Below, one piece after another: positions 1 through 9,578 of a stretch of DNA of 64,000 nt; the first letter of the stretch is position 1, and each line of letters opens with the position of its first letter. The position numbers were made by a program, and so were the translations under genes. The notes beneath the pieces were generated by a model that worked only from the letters and a program-made list of their open reading frames with translations, ran no database searches and was not told the DNA's origin. This stretch comes from Polyangia bacterium (GTDB lineage: Bacteria; Myxococcota_A; Polyangia; Palsa-1104; JAEUJZ01), in contig JBGANQ010000012.1 in assembly GCA_044222245.1 (NCBI GenBank), positions 11,844 to 75,843 on the forward strand. The letters run 5' to 3'.

Positions 1-3000
1 GATGTCCGGGTGCCCGAGCAGATCGAGCAGATACCCCTCATCGCCGCTGCGCGCCGCTGTGGCAAGCCCGCGCGCGGCCTGCTCGCGGACCTCGGGCTGC
101 TCGTCCTTGACCAGCTCGGTGGCGAAGTAGCGCACCGTCGAGGGCGAGCCCAGCGAGGCGAGCGCCATCGCCGCGTGCAGCCGCAGCCCCTGCACGAAGT
201 CGCGCGGGTAGCGGAGTAGCAGCTCCTTGTCCTGCAGGATCGCCCGCATCGGCTCAATGAGCCGCTCGTCATGGCGGACCGCCAGAAGCTCGGCGGCGCG
301 CACCCGCAGGTCCAGGTGCGCCCCCTGCAGCGCCGCGTAGTGCGGCGAGGAGTCCTTGGGCAGCAGGCGGTCGAGCGTCTCCAGCGCCGCCTGGCGGACG
401 CTGGCCTCGGCATCGTCGAGCAGCTTCATCAGCGCGGCGCGCACGGCGGCCGGCTCGCTGACGCTGCCGGCGGCCCCGCGCGCCCCGGCCTCGCGCACGC
501 TGCGGTGCGTCGAGCCGGCGGCCAGAAGGTGCACCTCCGGGTCTTCCTTGCCGCACAGCTTGAGCAGCGCCTCGTACGCGGCCTGCGCGACCTCGGCGTC
601 GCGGTCGGCGATCACCAGCTTGAGCCGGCTCTGTGCCCACTCGCTGTGGCCAAGGCGCAGCAGCTCTTCGACGGCGCGCAGGCGCAGGTCGGGGAAGCGC
701 GCGGCGAGCGCTCGTCCCAGCACCTGCTCGACGCCGCCCTGGGCGTCGCGCTCGTGCCACGACCACAGGGTGCGCAGGGCCTCGGTGCGGACCTTGGGCG
801 CCTCATCTTCCAGGGCGTGGCCGAGCAGCGCCTCGACCTGCGCCGTGCGCTCGCCCGCGGCGCCGAGCTGGATCAGCCGATCCAGCCCGCGCACGCGGAT
901 GTCTTCGTGGCAGGACTGCAGCGCCGCTTCGGCGACCGCCAGAGCCTGGCCCCCGCACAGGTCGGCGTAGGCGTCGAGCGCCGCCCCCCGCACGCTGGCG
1001 TCGCCATCATCGAGCATCCAGATGAGGCGCTTGCGCGCCCGCGAGTCCTGCAGCGCCCGCAGCGCCAGCGCCGCCTCCCGCCGCAGGCTCGGCTCCGGCT
1101 CGCGCGAGAGCTGCAGCAGCGCGCCGAGCGCCCGCGTGTCCCCGAGCAGCGCCAGCCCGCGCGCCCCGCGCAGCGCCGTGCCCGGCGTCCGGCACGACAT
1201 GGCCGTCAGCAGCGGCTGCAGGTCCGGCTCGCCCAGTGCGGGCGGGCCGGGCGACTTCCCCGGCGCGGGGCCACTGGTGCTCGCGCGGGCCGGAGTCAGC
1301 CCTTCTGGCTGACCCAGGACGGCCAGGAGCTCGGTGCGGGCGGCGCTGAGCTCGGCGTCGGCCGGCTCCTTGGCCGCTTGCTTGCCCTCGGCGACCGGCG
1401 CGCCCTGGGCGGCCCGGCGGCGCAGCGCTTCGCGGCGCAGGATTTCCCGGGTGGTGCGGGCGAAGTCCTCATCCCGAAGCTCGAGCAGCGCCGCCAGCGG
1501 CGGCTGGAGCAGCACCGCCAGCGCGAACGCGATCCGCCGCACCTCTTCGTCCTCGTCATCGAGGGCGCGGGCGAGCAGCGGCGCCAGCTCGGGCGCGGTC
1601 AGCAGGCCGGTGAACCCGGCGCGCACCAGCGCCTCGCCGCGGATGTCGGCCGGACCGCGCTCGAAGGCCAGCCGCAGCGGCTCGGCAGTCCCCGGCGGAT
1701 AAAGTCCGAGCACCGCCTCCAGCGCCACCAGCCGGACGCCGCCGTCGGCATCGGTCAGCGCCGAGGTGATGAGTCCGGCGGCCAGCGGCGAGCTGTCGCG
1801 CAGCCCGAGCAGGCCGCGCAGCGCCGCCTGCCGGATGTCGGCATGGCGCCCGCGCAGAGCCGCCCGCAGCGGCGCCAGCGCCAGCTCTCCTTCCAGAAGC
1901 CGCAGCGCCCGCAGCGCCGCCTGCCGCACCCCGGCGTGCCCGTCATCCAGGGCCTGGCGCAGCCCCGCTCGCGCCGCGAGCCGGCGGTGGCTGCCCAGCT
2001 GCTCGGCGATGAGCACCCGCAGCTCGGGCTCTTTCTCAGCAGCGAGCTGGCCGAGAAGTAGCGTCAGGGCCTCGGGCTCATCGAGCGCCGCCAGGGTCCT
2101 GTAGGCCGCCTCGCGCGCCGGCTTGGCCAGCCCGACCGCCGCCGTCAGCGCGTCGAAGCCGTGGTCATAGGTGACGACCTTGTCGCCGGGCGTGCCATCG
2201 AGCTCCAGCGGGTAGCGGTACACGGTCCGGCTGTCGCCGCCAAGCGCCACCGCGCCGAGCGCGCTCTTGGCCGCCGAGCTCGTCGGCGGCAGGAAGCACA
2301 GGGCCTGCACCGGCCGGCTGCCGCAGTCCAGGGTCCGCGGCTTGCGCCGGTCCTCCAGGCGGAACACCCGCACCTTGCCATCGGCGCCGGCGGCGAAGAA
2401 GCGGTCTAGCGGCTCCTCGCCGCCCGACTCGCCGGCGGCGGGAGTCGGCGGAAACACCAGCGCCCGCACCGCGGCCGCCTGGCCTTCGGTGGTGCGGGTC
2501 TCGCTCTCGATCGCGCCGACCAGATACCAGATGCGCAGGGTGCCGTCGTCGCCCCCGGACACCAGGCGGCCGTCGCGCGGCGTGAACGCCAGCGCCTGCA
2601 CCGGTCCGTCGTGGCCCGGCATGTCGCGCTGCGGGGCCCGGCTGCCCGGAGTCAGCACATGCACCACGCCGGCATCACCGGCCGCAGCGACATACTCACC
2701 CGTCGGATCGATCGCCACGGCGCGCAGCGCCTGCGCCGACACCGACCACTCGCCGAGCGCCTTGCCGTGCACGTCCCAGCGCCGCACCCGGCCGTCGGTG
2801 CCCGCGGTGTAGACTTGCTCCGGACCGCCGGCGACCACCGCCACGCACGCCCCGCTGTGAGCCGCCACCTGGTGCAGCGCCTTGCCGCCCTCGGTCTCAT
2901 AGACGCGCAGCGTGCCATCGGCGCCGGCGGCGAGCAGGAGCTCGCCGTGCAGGCAGAGCCCGAGCACATGCGTCGGCACGTCCAGGGTGTGACGGACCTT

Positions 3001-3123
3001 GTTGGCGACGTGGTCGAAGATCACCACCTGGCTCGCCGCGCCGGCGCGGGTGCCGCCGGTGACGAGCAGGCGCGCGCTGCCGCACAAGGCGCGCAGCTTC
3101 TCAAAGTGCCCGATGGTGGCCAT
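1..3123 (-). CDS. WD40 beta-propeller + HEAT-repeat protein. The 3' end runs off the window (>=1041 codons). It is absent from the supplied ORF track because it has no in-window stop.
   Basis: My own translation of the minus frame from ATG 3123..3121 gives MATIGHFEKLRALCGSARLLVTGG... WD40 units are classic (2521-2580 = PRDGRLVSGGDDGTLRIWYL; also GHDGPVQALAFTP). Many HEAT-like units follow (1501-1560 = DDEDEEVRRIAFALAVLLQP; HADIRQAALRGL; DGHAGVRQAALRAL). The frame stays open to nt 1, and the track lists no ORF in this frame. The ATG overlaps the upstream TAA (TAATG at 3121-3125). Confidence 0.85.
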   Translation of the reverse strand, partial: MATIGHFEKLRALCGSARLLVTGGTRAGAASQVVIFDHVANKVRHTLDVPTHVLGLCLHGELLLAAGADGTLRVYETEGGKALHQVAAHSGACVAVVAGGPEQVYTAGTDGRVRRWDVHGKALGEWSVSAQALRAVAIDPTGEYVAAAGDAGVVHVLTPGSRAPQRDMPGHDGPVQALAFTPRDGRLVSGGDDGTLRIWYLVGAIESETRTTEGQAAAVRALVFPPTPAAGESGGEEPLDRFFAAGADGKVRVFRLEDRRKPRTLDCGSRPVQALCFLPPTSSAAKSALGAVALGGDSRTVYRYPLELDGTPGDKVVTYDHGFDALTAAVGLAKPAREAAYRTLAALDEPEALTLLLGQLAAEKEPELRVLIAEQLGSHRRLAARAGLRQALDDGHAGVRQAALRALRLLEGELALAPLRAALRGRHADIRQAALRGLLGLRDSSPLAAGLITSALTDADGGVRLVALEAVLGLYPPGTAEPLRLAFERGPADIRGEALVRAGFTGLLTAPELAPLLARALDDEDEEVRRIAFALAVLLQPPLAALLELRDEDFARTTREILRREALRRRAAQGAPVAEGKQAAKEPADAELSAARTELLAVLGQPEGLTPARASTSGPAPGKSPGPPALGEPDLQPLLTAMSCRTPGTALRGARGLALLGDTRALGALLQLSREPEPSLRREAALALRALQDSRARKRLIWMLDDGDASVRGAALDAYADLCGGQALAVAEAALQSCHEDIRVRGLDRLIQLGAAGERTAQVEALLGHALEDEAPKVRTEALRTLWSWHERDAQGGVEQVLGRALAARFPDLRLRAVEELLRLGHSEWAQSRLKLVIADRDAEVAQAAYEALLKLCGKEDPEVHLLAAGSTHRSVREAGARGAAGSVSEPAAVRAALMKLLDDAEASVRQAALETLDRLLPKDSSPHYAALQGAHLDLRVRAAELLAVRHDERLIEPMRAILQDKELLLRYPRDFVQGLRLHAAMALASLGSPSTVRYFATELVKDEQPEVREQAARGLATAARSGDEGYLLDLLGHPDI

Positions 3124-5876
3124 TAGCTCTGCGTGCCTCCAAGGATGCCGTCCAGGGACAGGGTCGGGTGGGCCTTCTGCAGCCGCAGCAGCGCCGCCAG
3201 GCAGGCCTGCCACTCGGTGCGCGCCAGCGAGCCGGTGAACTCGCCGAGCACCGGGGCGCACAGCCGGGCGAACGCTTCGTCTTGCTCGCCCAGGTCGCGC
3301 ACGATCTCGATGACGTGGCGCTTGGCGACGCTGGCCGGTAGGTGGCGGCGCGGCGCTCCCTCGTCGCGCGGCTCCATGCTGCGGCCGGGCGGCAGGCCGA
3401 ACAGGATGCGCCGCAGGAAGCCGCGCAGGCTGTCGAGATCAGCGAACCGCTCGCCTTCGGCCGGCTCGCTGCTCGGCGCCGGCGCGACCGCCTTGCCGCT
3501 CGGCTTCCAGCCGGGGGGCAGCTGGCGCGGCCGGTGGCGCTCCCACAAAAGGCGCACCGCAAACATGCGCACCTCACGATCGGGACTCTCCATCAGCCAC
3601 GGCAGGCGGGTGACGCCACCCAGGCGCACGTAGTGACGGCGGATAAGCTCCAGACCGATCTCCCGCGTGCTGCGCTTGCGGCTCTGGGTCATCGCGAACA
3701 CCTGAGCGGCGTCCAGCTCCTCGACCTTGAGGGTGTGGGCCGGCTCGGCATTGGCGTCCCCGGCCTTGAGCAGCGCGTCGCTGGCGATGTTGCGCACTTC
3801 CTTGGCGTCGCTGTCGGCGAGCTCGTAGACCCGGCCTTGGTAGCCCCAGCGCCGCAGCTCGGCCCGGGTGATGGCGACGGCGAAGCGGCGCACGTCGGGG
3901 CGCGCATCGAATAGCGCCGGCCAGATACGCTCGGCGGTGTAGCTTGCCCGCTTGAGCTGGGGCTTTAGGTGCAGCGACTTGACCTCGGGCTGTTCGGCGG
4001 AGATGCCGGGGTGGTGGCAGCGCAGGTAGGTCTGCGCGAACAGCCGCACCGGCTCCGGCTCCTTGTCCGCGGTGGCGAGCGCGAACAGCCGCGCCGTGCC
4101 CGCCTCGACGTCCCCGTCCTCGGCAAAGTCCGAAGGTCCCAGGTGCTGCAGCAGGTAGCGGTGGGCGAAGTTGTGCAGCGTCTCATCGGCGCGCCGGGCC
4201 AGGGCGAGCAGCCACGGCAGGCCGAGGTCGCGCGGCCTTACCAGCTTGCTGTTCTCGATCACCGGCAGCGCGTAGCGCCGGTACTTGGCGTGCAGCATCA
4301 GCCCCTTGAGGCGCTCGACATCCAGCCCCGGCAGCGCCGTGGCCCGCGTCAGCCACTCGCTCACCGCATCGTTTAGCTCCCCGCGCTGCAGCGCATCGAC
4401 CAGCCAGTCGGCGCCGATCTCCGCCACCGGGAACTTGCCCAGCGCCTCCAGCGCCAGCTCGACCACCTCGTCCGCGTCCTCGTGACGCTTGTCGTCAAGG
4501 ACCCGCTTCCAGAAGTCGACTCCGAGCTCGCTCGGTTGGTACTTGGTCTTGAGGTACTTCTCCGCCCACTCGCTCTGCTCGCTCTGGCCGTACAGCATGT
4601 CGATGAGGAAGCTCTGCGGCAGCTCGGGGCGCTCGAAGGTGCCGAGCGCTTTCTCGGCAAAAGCGTGCGTGGCGTCGTAGCCGAGCAGGCGGCCGAGGAA
4701 CGCGTACCCGAGCACCTTGGGATCGCGGGACTGCAACAGCGTCGCCGCGAAGGCCTGGGTGTCCTTGGCCCCTTCTTCCAGAAAGTGGGCCAGGCGCGCC
4801 TCGGAAAGATCGTGGCCATGGGCGCGCGCATACTCGATGGCATAGGTGCGGGCGCGCTGGCTGGGCGAGAGCAGCAGCTCGAGCACCGCCTCGTGCAGGC
4901 CGAGCGCGCGCAGCTTGCCCTGGTGAAACTCGGGGGAGCCCTGCAGGGTCTCGATCAGGAACTCGTGCGCGCTGGCAAGCGGCCGGCGGGCCAGGCGGGC
5001 CAGCCAGGTCGGGGTGACGCTGCGCAGCACCTCGGGGAAGTCGCGCCGCAGGCTGTGGATGGCGAAGAACGCCGCGGCGTCCCCTTCGCAGGTCTCCAGG
5101 AGCAGCATCAGCGGATCGGGCGACTGCTTCCACGCGTCATCAAAGAGCCGGCCCTTGAGCAGATCTTGCGGCTTCTTCTTCGAGCTGGCGTAGCTGTAGA
5201 TTCCGGGCCACAGGCGCGGCGCGATCCAGGTCGCGCCAAAGCTGGTGCGCGGCTCGTAGTGGCGCAGCACCTGCACCGCCAGCTGCGGAAAAAGGAGCGG
5301 CAGCTGCGACCCCACCCGCTTGAGCGCGCGCAGCGCCCGCCGCCGCAGATAAATAAGCGTCCCCACCCCCACCTCGCGCTTGCTGCGGCGCGCCATCTCG
5401 GTATCGACCCGCCACGAGAGGGCGCCAAACAGCTCGGCGTCAAGCCGCTCCTCGGCAAGCTTGTAGATGCGCTTGAGTCCCCCCCACAGCCCGAGTCGCA
5501 GCGGCGCCTGCCGGATCACCGCCAGCAGCGTCGCCCGTCCGGAAGGGGTGCCGCGCTCATAGAGCTCGCCTAGGAGCTCTGCCAGCTGCAAGCGCGGCGG
5601 CGGCGCGAGCTCGGGCTGGGTGAGCAGCTGCTGCAGCGCCTCGCGTGAGAGCTGGCGGCGCTCTTGCTTGGTCTTATAGCGCAGCGCGCTGCGATCGATC
5701 TGGCGCTTGTACCCCTGCAGCGTGAGCGCGCCGGTGGGTACATTTCTGGGGGTCGGATCGTCCTGGGCGACGAACGCCAGGATTGCCTCCGCCAGGTCCG
5801 GCGACTCGCTGCGGAGCAGCAGCTGGAGGTCCGAGAGGCCGATGGGTAGTGACGATGCGGGCTCACTCGCGTACAT
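3123..5876 (-). CDS. Hypothetical 917-aa helical-repeat (HEAT-like) protein
   Basis: Track ORF with protein-like composition. It has dispersed HEAT-type units (SPDREVRMFAVRLLWE, DARPDVRRFAVAIT, SDAKEVRNIASDALLKAG). The stop overlaps the start of the WD40/HEAT gene. I did not recognise a family. Confidence 0.8.
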   Translation of the reverse strand: MYASEPASSLPIGLSDLQLLLRSESPDLAEAILAFVAQDDPTPRNVPTGALTLQGYKRQIDRSALRYKTKQERRQLSREALQQLLTQPELAPPPRLQLAELLGELYERGTPSGRATLLAVIRQAPLRLGLWGGLKRIYKLAEERLDAELFGALSWRVDTEMARRSKREVGVGTLIYLRRRALRALKRVGSQLPLLFPQLAVQVLRHYEPRTSFGATWIAPRLWPGIYSYASSKKKPQDLLKGRLFDDAWKQSPDPLMLLLETCEGDAAAFFAIHSLRRDFPEVLRSVTPTWLARLARRPLASAHEFLIETLQGSPEFHQGKLRALGLHEAVLELLLSPSQRARTYAIEYARAHGHDLSEARLAHFLEEGAKDTQAFAATLLQSRDPKVLGYAFLGRLLGYDATHAFAEKALGTFERPELPQSFLIDMLYGQSEQSEWAEKYLKTKYQPSELGVDFWKRVLDDKRHEDADEVVELALEALGKFPVAEIGADWLVDALQRGELNDAVSEWLTRATALPGLDVERLKGLMLHAKYRRYALPVIENSKLVRPRDLGLPWLLALARRADETLHNFAHRYLLQHLGPSDFAEDGDVEAGTARLFALATADKEPEPVRLFAQTYLRCHHPGISAEQPEVKSLHLKPQLKRASYTAERIWPALFDARPDVRRFAVAITRAELRRWGYQGRVYELADSDAKEVRNIASDALLKAGDANAEPAHTLKVEELDAAQVFAMTQSRKRSTREIGLELIRRHYVRLGGVTRLPWLMESPDREVRMFAVRLLWERHRPRQLPPGWKPSGKAVAPAPSSEPAEGERFADLDSLRGFLRRILFGLPPGRSMEPRDEGAPRRHLPASVAKRHVIEIVRDLGEQDEAFARLCAPVLGEFTGSLARTEWQACLAALLRLQKAHPTLSLDGILGGTQS

Positions 5877-6109
5877 GAAGGGGCGCCCTTTTGTGAGTGG
5901 TGCAGCGGCAACAGGCAGTTTTCGCGCAGCTGAAATCCTAACATATCCGGGCGCTTGAACGTCTAGACTTCAGATGCCTTGGGGGGGCAGCAAGACTCTC
6001 CCACCTCTAGCTGAGACTTCGGCGGTGTCATAGCCCTCGACTCGCGCGGACTCGCCTCGGCAAGAGCTAGGCGTTCGCTGCGGCTGCGCTGACCGCCGCG
6101 GACGGGGGA

Positions 6110-8353
6110 CTACTGGACCAGCTGCATGCGCGTGGGCGGGGTCTCGTCTACCTGAAGATCGCTGAGGGTCTGGACCAGTCGCGCCTCCAGGGTCGCCTGG
6201 GCCTCGCTGCGCTCGATGAGCTGCTTCTGCACCGCGGCGCTGCGGCGCTCGTTGTCCGCGAGCTTGGCCAGCAGGTCGGCGCGCAGGGCGGCGGCGGTGG
6301 CGATCTTCTCGATGGCGTGCAGGTTGCTGCGCAGCTCGTCGGCGCGCTCGCGCAGGTCATCGAGCTGGCGGCGCAGCCGCGGCTCTTCGCCGTCGGCGTG
6401 CCCGGCCTGCTTCTGCAGCTCGCAGAGGTCGCGCAGCCGGCTCTGCAGCTCGGGCGGATGGCTGGCCGCGGTGAGATAGGGACAGATCGATGGGCCCTTA
6501 TTGCGCAGCTGCAGCACCTGGCGCTGCAGCCGCTTCTCGACCAGCGTGAGCTCGCTCTTGCGGTCGGCGATGAGCGGCTGCGGCACGAGGTAGGCCTCCG
6601 GCCCCTCTTCGGTATCCGGCGGCAGCTGGGTGACCGCGAAGCCGCCGCGGCGCCCGTGGCGGATGAAGATGCGCGCCGGCGGCTGCGCGCCGGGGCTTAT
6701 CTCATAGCGGGTGGTGCGGGTCTGCTCGTCCTCGACCACCGCCTCGCCGTTATGCAGCGACAAGAGCCGCAGCGGCAGGGTGGCTTCTTCGCTGTGCACC
6801 TCGACGCTGGCTGCCGAGTCCAGGGCGTAGGGGACAAGCGCCGTCTCGCCCGCGTGCATGCGATCGAGCGCCCCTTCGCCGACGAAGCTGCCGCGCGCAA
6901 AGACGCTCACCGGCCCGGGCTCTAGCGACAGGCCGATGTGCAGCCGGGCGGCGCGCAGCGGGGCCCGCTCGCTGCCGCGCACATGGGCATCCGGACGGAA
7001 CAGATAAACGTCCTCGGTGCCGCCGCGCAGGGTCAGCATCGAGACCATGGTCGAGGCGCCGCGCGGCAGGCTCACCGGGTCGCTCACCTTGTAGTAGCTG
7101 GCCCCGGCGATATCGCTTGGCGCCGCGCCCGAGCCGGCGCTGGCCGCCACGGTATCGGCGCTGATCCCCGGTGCCGTAGACCTGGCGGGCGCCGGGCTCC
7201 CCTGCCCTTCGCCCTGCTGCAGGACGACAAACTCGACGCGGCGGTTGCGGTCGCAGCTCTGCGCAGTGGGCGGGGTGGACAGCGGCCGGTCGCTGCCATA
7301 GCTGCGCGCGAGCAGGCGATGACCGGCGATGCCACGCCGGATAAGCTGGTCGCGCACGCTGACGGCGCGCCGCTCACCCAGCTCGCGCGCCCGGCTCTCC
7401 GGCGCGCAGGCGTGGCCCTGCAGCTCGACCTGGGTAATCTGCGGGTTGCCCTTGAGCGCCGCCGCCGTCGCGTCCAGGATCGGCAGGCTGGGCGCCTGGA
7501 TTTCACTGCTGTTGTGGCGAAAGAAGATCTTGTCCAGGATCTCCAGTCGGCTCTGGCTGACCACCACCCGCCCGCGGTCGGGGCAGCCGTCGTCATCGCT
7601 GATGCCGTTAAAGGTCTCCGGCTCATCGGGACACTTGTCGTATTGATCGAGAATCCCATCGCCGTCGCGATCGGTGCTGGCGCCCGCTAGCAGCGGGTCC
7701 GCTGTGCGGCCGCGCTCCGCCTCGACCAGGCCGGTCGCCACCGGCTGCACCAGGTGCCCGTTGCCGTCGGGCCGGGCGACAAAGTGCGGCGTCTGCAGAT
7801 CCACCGCAAACGACAGCGGGGCGCCGGTGGCCAGCACCAGCTCCACGTCCTTCCACGCCTCTCCCGAGGCGTTGTTGACGATCGCCCAGGCCTGCAAGAG
7901 CCCCGCGCCGCCGCTGGCCGCCGCCTTGCCAGCCCCGTCGGTCGCCCCCTCGGGCAGCACCACGCGGTAGGACGGCTTCCATACCGGCGTCGGCGCCGCA
8001 TACGAGATATCCATGCTGTGCGGCCCCTGCCCGCGCAGCAGCAGCTCGACCCGCGCCGCATCCTCATCGCCACCCGGTCGGGCCGACGGCGCCGGCAGCA
8101 CCGCCGAGACCGCGCGCTGACGACCCTCACTGCGGTCGATGACGACCATGCTCTTGAGGACATCGCCCACCTCGTGCCGGCGCAGCTGCAGCGAGTAGTG
8201 ATCGCTGCGCAGCTCCCCTCGGCGCTCGAAGTAGCCAACTCCGTTCTGGTAAAGCACAACCTTGCGCAGGGCGAGCGGCGGGCCCGCGCCGCCGCAGCCC
8301 GTCCCGGCAACGCCCATCGCGATCGCACACCAGCCCCAAAGCCGCATGGTCAT
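6110..8353 (-). CDS. Lipoprotein with DUF4139-like body, thrombospondin-type-3 Asp-rich motif, inserted OmpA-like peptidoglycan-binding domain and C-terminal coiled coil
   Basis: Signal peptide plus lipobox (AIAMGVAGTGC). N-terminus VVLYQNGVGYFERRGEL...WKPSYRVVL...AIVNNASGEAWKDVELVL is DUF4139/DUF4140-like. DRDGDGILDQYDKCPDEPETFNGISDDDGCPD is a TSP3 motif. ILDKIFFRHNSSEI...RAVSVRDQLIRRGI is OmpA_C-like. The C-terminal roughly 120 aa are heptad-like. Confidence 0.85.
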   Translation of the reverse strand: MTMRLWGWCAIAMGVAGTGCGGAGPPLALRKVVLYQNGVGYFERRGELRSDHYSLQLRRHEVGDVLKSMVVIDRSEGRQRAVSAVLPAPSARPGGDEDAARVELLLRGQGPHSMDISYAAPTPVWKPSYRVVLPEGATDGAGKAAASGGAGLLQAWAIVNNASGEAWKDVELVLATGAPLSFAVDLQTPHFVARPDGNGHLVQPVATGLVEAERGRTADPLLAGASTDRDGDGILDQYDKCPDEPETFNGISDDDGCPDRGRVVVSQSRLEILDKIFFRHNSSEIQAPSLPILDATAAALKGNPQITQVELQGHACAPESRARELGERRAVSVRDQLIRRGIAGHRLLARSYGSDRPLSTPPTAQSCDRNRRVEFVVLQQGEGQGSPAPARSTAPGISADTVAASAGSGAAPSDIAGASYYKVSDPVSLPRGASTMVSMLTLRGGTEDVYLFRPDAHVRGSERAPLRAARLHIGLSLEPGPVSVFARGSFVGEGALDRMHAGETALVPYALDSAASVEVHSEEATLPLRLLSLHNGEAVVEDEQTRTTRYEISPGAQPPARIFIRHGRRGGFAVTQLPPDTEEGPEAYLVPQPLIADRKSELTLVEKRLQRQVLQLRNKGPSICPYLTAASHPPELQSRLRDLCELQKQAGHADGEEPRLRRQLDDLRERADELRSNLHAIEKIATAAALRADLLAKLADNERRSAAVQKQLIERSEAQATLEARLVQTLSDLQVDETPPTRMQLVQ

Positions 8354-8400
8354 TCCCTCCGCTGATGCACTGCTACCGCACCCCAGCGCGGGCTGGCGAG

Positions 8401-8901
8401 CTAGCCGAGCGCCGCGAGCGCCGCAGCGTAGTTTGGCTCCTGGGCGATCTCGGGAACCAGCTCGGTGTAGATGACGCGGTTATTCTCATCGAGCACCACC
8501 ACCGCGCGGGCGCACAGACCGCTCAGCGGGCCGGAGGTCATGAGCACTCCGTAGTCGCGAGCGAAGCTCGAGCGGAACGAGGACAGCGACTCGACGTTCT
8601 GCAGTCCCTCGGCGGCGCAGAAGCGCTTGTGGGCGAACGGCAGATCGGCCGAGATATTGAGCACGGTCACCCCGGGGCGGCCGGAGGCCTGCTTGTTGAA
8701 CGTGCGCACCGACGTCGCGCACACCGGCGTGTCGATGCTCGGAAAGATGTTGAGGACCTTCTTGCCAGACACATCGCCGAGCTTCACTTCAGACAGATCG
8801 GCCTTGGCCAGCTGGAAGGAGGGAGCGGGGCTGCCGTGGGCCGGCAGCTCACCGCTGGTCTGGATGGGGTTGCCCTTCAAGGTAATAGACGCCATGGTCA
8901 T
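8401..8901 (-). CDS. tpx: Thiol peroxidase (Tpx, atypical 2-Cys peroxiredoxin)
   Basis: 166 aa. KVLNIFPSIDTPVCATSVRTFN (peroxidatic Cys context) and FCAAEGL (resolving Cys) are typical Tpx signatures along the full length. Confidence 0.95.
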   Translation of the reverse strand: MTMASITLKGNPIQTSGELPAHGSPAPSFQLAKADLSEVKLGDVSGKKVLNIFPSIDTPVCATSVRTFNKQASGRPGVTVLNISADLPFAHKRFCAAEGLQNVESLSSFRSSFARDYGVLMTSGPLSGLCARAVVVLDENNRVIYTELVPEIAQEPNYAAALAALG

Positions 8902-9024
8902 GCTCCTGGGGGTAGAGTACAGGGTTTCCGAGCCCGTAAAATCTCGCCCATCTGCGACGCTCTGTCGAGATCAAATGCGGCCCGAGCGGCCTGCCAGCGA
9001 CTGGCTTTCGGCCTCTTACTTTTC

Positions 9025-9396
9025 TTAAGGCGTCCGCGCCGCGCTCTGCTTGCGCGGCCGCGGCCCGAGCGCGTAGGCGATGCCCGCCTGCAAGGTGCCG
9101 CGAGTGACCAGGCCGCCCAGATCCAGGCCCAGGCCCACCAGCGTCTGCGCCACCTCGGCACGGATGCCGGTGAGAACCACCTCGGCGCCGAGCAGTCGCA
9201 CCGCCCGCGCGGCCCGCAGCAGCGCCCCGGCGACGTGCGAGTCGACCACCGTCAGTCCGTCGGCCGTCGCTTCCAGGGTCGCCTGCAGCAGCGACAGGAC
9301 CTGGCTGCGCGCGTCGGCCAGGCTCGTCTTTTCCTTGAGCGCATCCTCCAGGGCCGCAATGCGCGCCTTCAGCGCAGCGCGTTCGTCGTTATCCAT
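9025..9396 (-). CDS. Small coiled-coil + truncated STAS-like protein (RsbR C-terminal-like)
   Basis: I trimmed the track ORF 9025..9543 to ATG 9396, which is preceded by GGGGGAGG. The sequence is MDNDERAALKARIAALEDALKEK..., followed by LLRAARAVRLLGAEVVLTGIRAEVAQTLVGLGLDL, which matches only the C-terminal half of STAS domains. Confidence 0.6.
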   Translation of the reverse strand: MDNDERAALKARIAALEDALKEKTSLADARSQVLSLLQATLEATADGLTVVDSHVAGALLRAARAVRLLGAEVVLTGIRAEVAQTLVGLGLDLGGLVTRGTLQAGIAYALGPRPRKQSAARTP

Positions 9397-9578
9397 CTGC
9401 CTCCCCCTGAACCGGAGCGACCGCTGAGTCGGCTCGGCGCAGTGCCGCCATCGGTCGTCGAGCTCGCGCCTTGCCCGCGGCCCGGCAAACCATGTAAGCT
9501 TGCGCCCCCCTCCTTTGTTTAAAGTAGCACCTATTCGGCACACCTTCTAGCAGGTAACCTGCGCCCAAAGGAGTGGGC

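Noticed and set aside
271-2061. 596-aa plus-strand ORF, plus several other ORFs overlapping 1-3100
   Set aside because: Its Arg/Gln/Ala/Gly/Pro-rich, motif-free sequence lies antisense to a clean WD40/HEAT reading frame. This is a typical high-GC shadow ORF.
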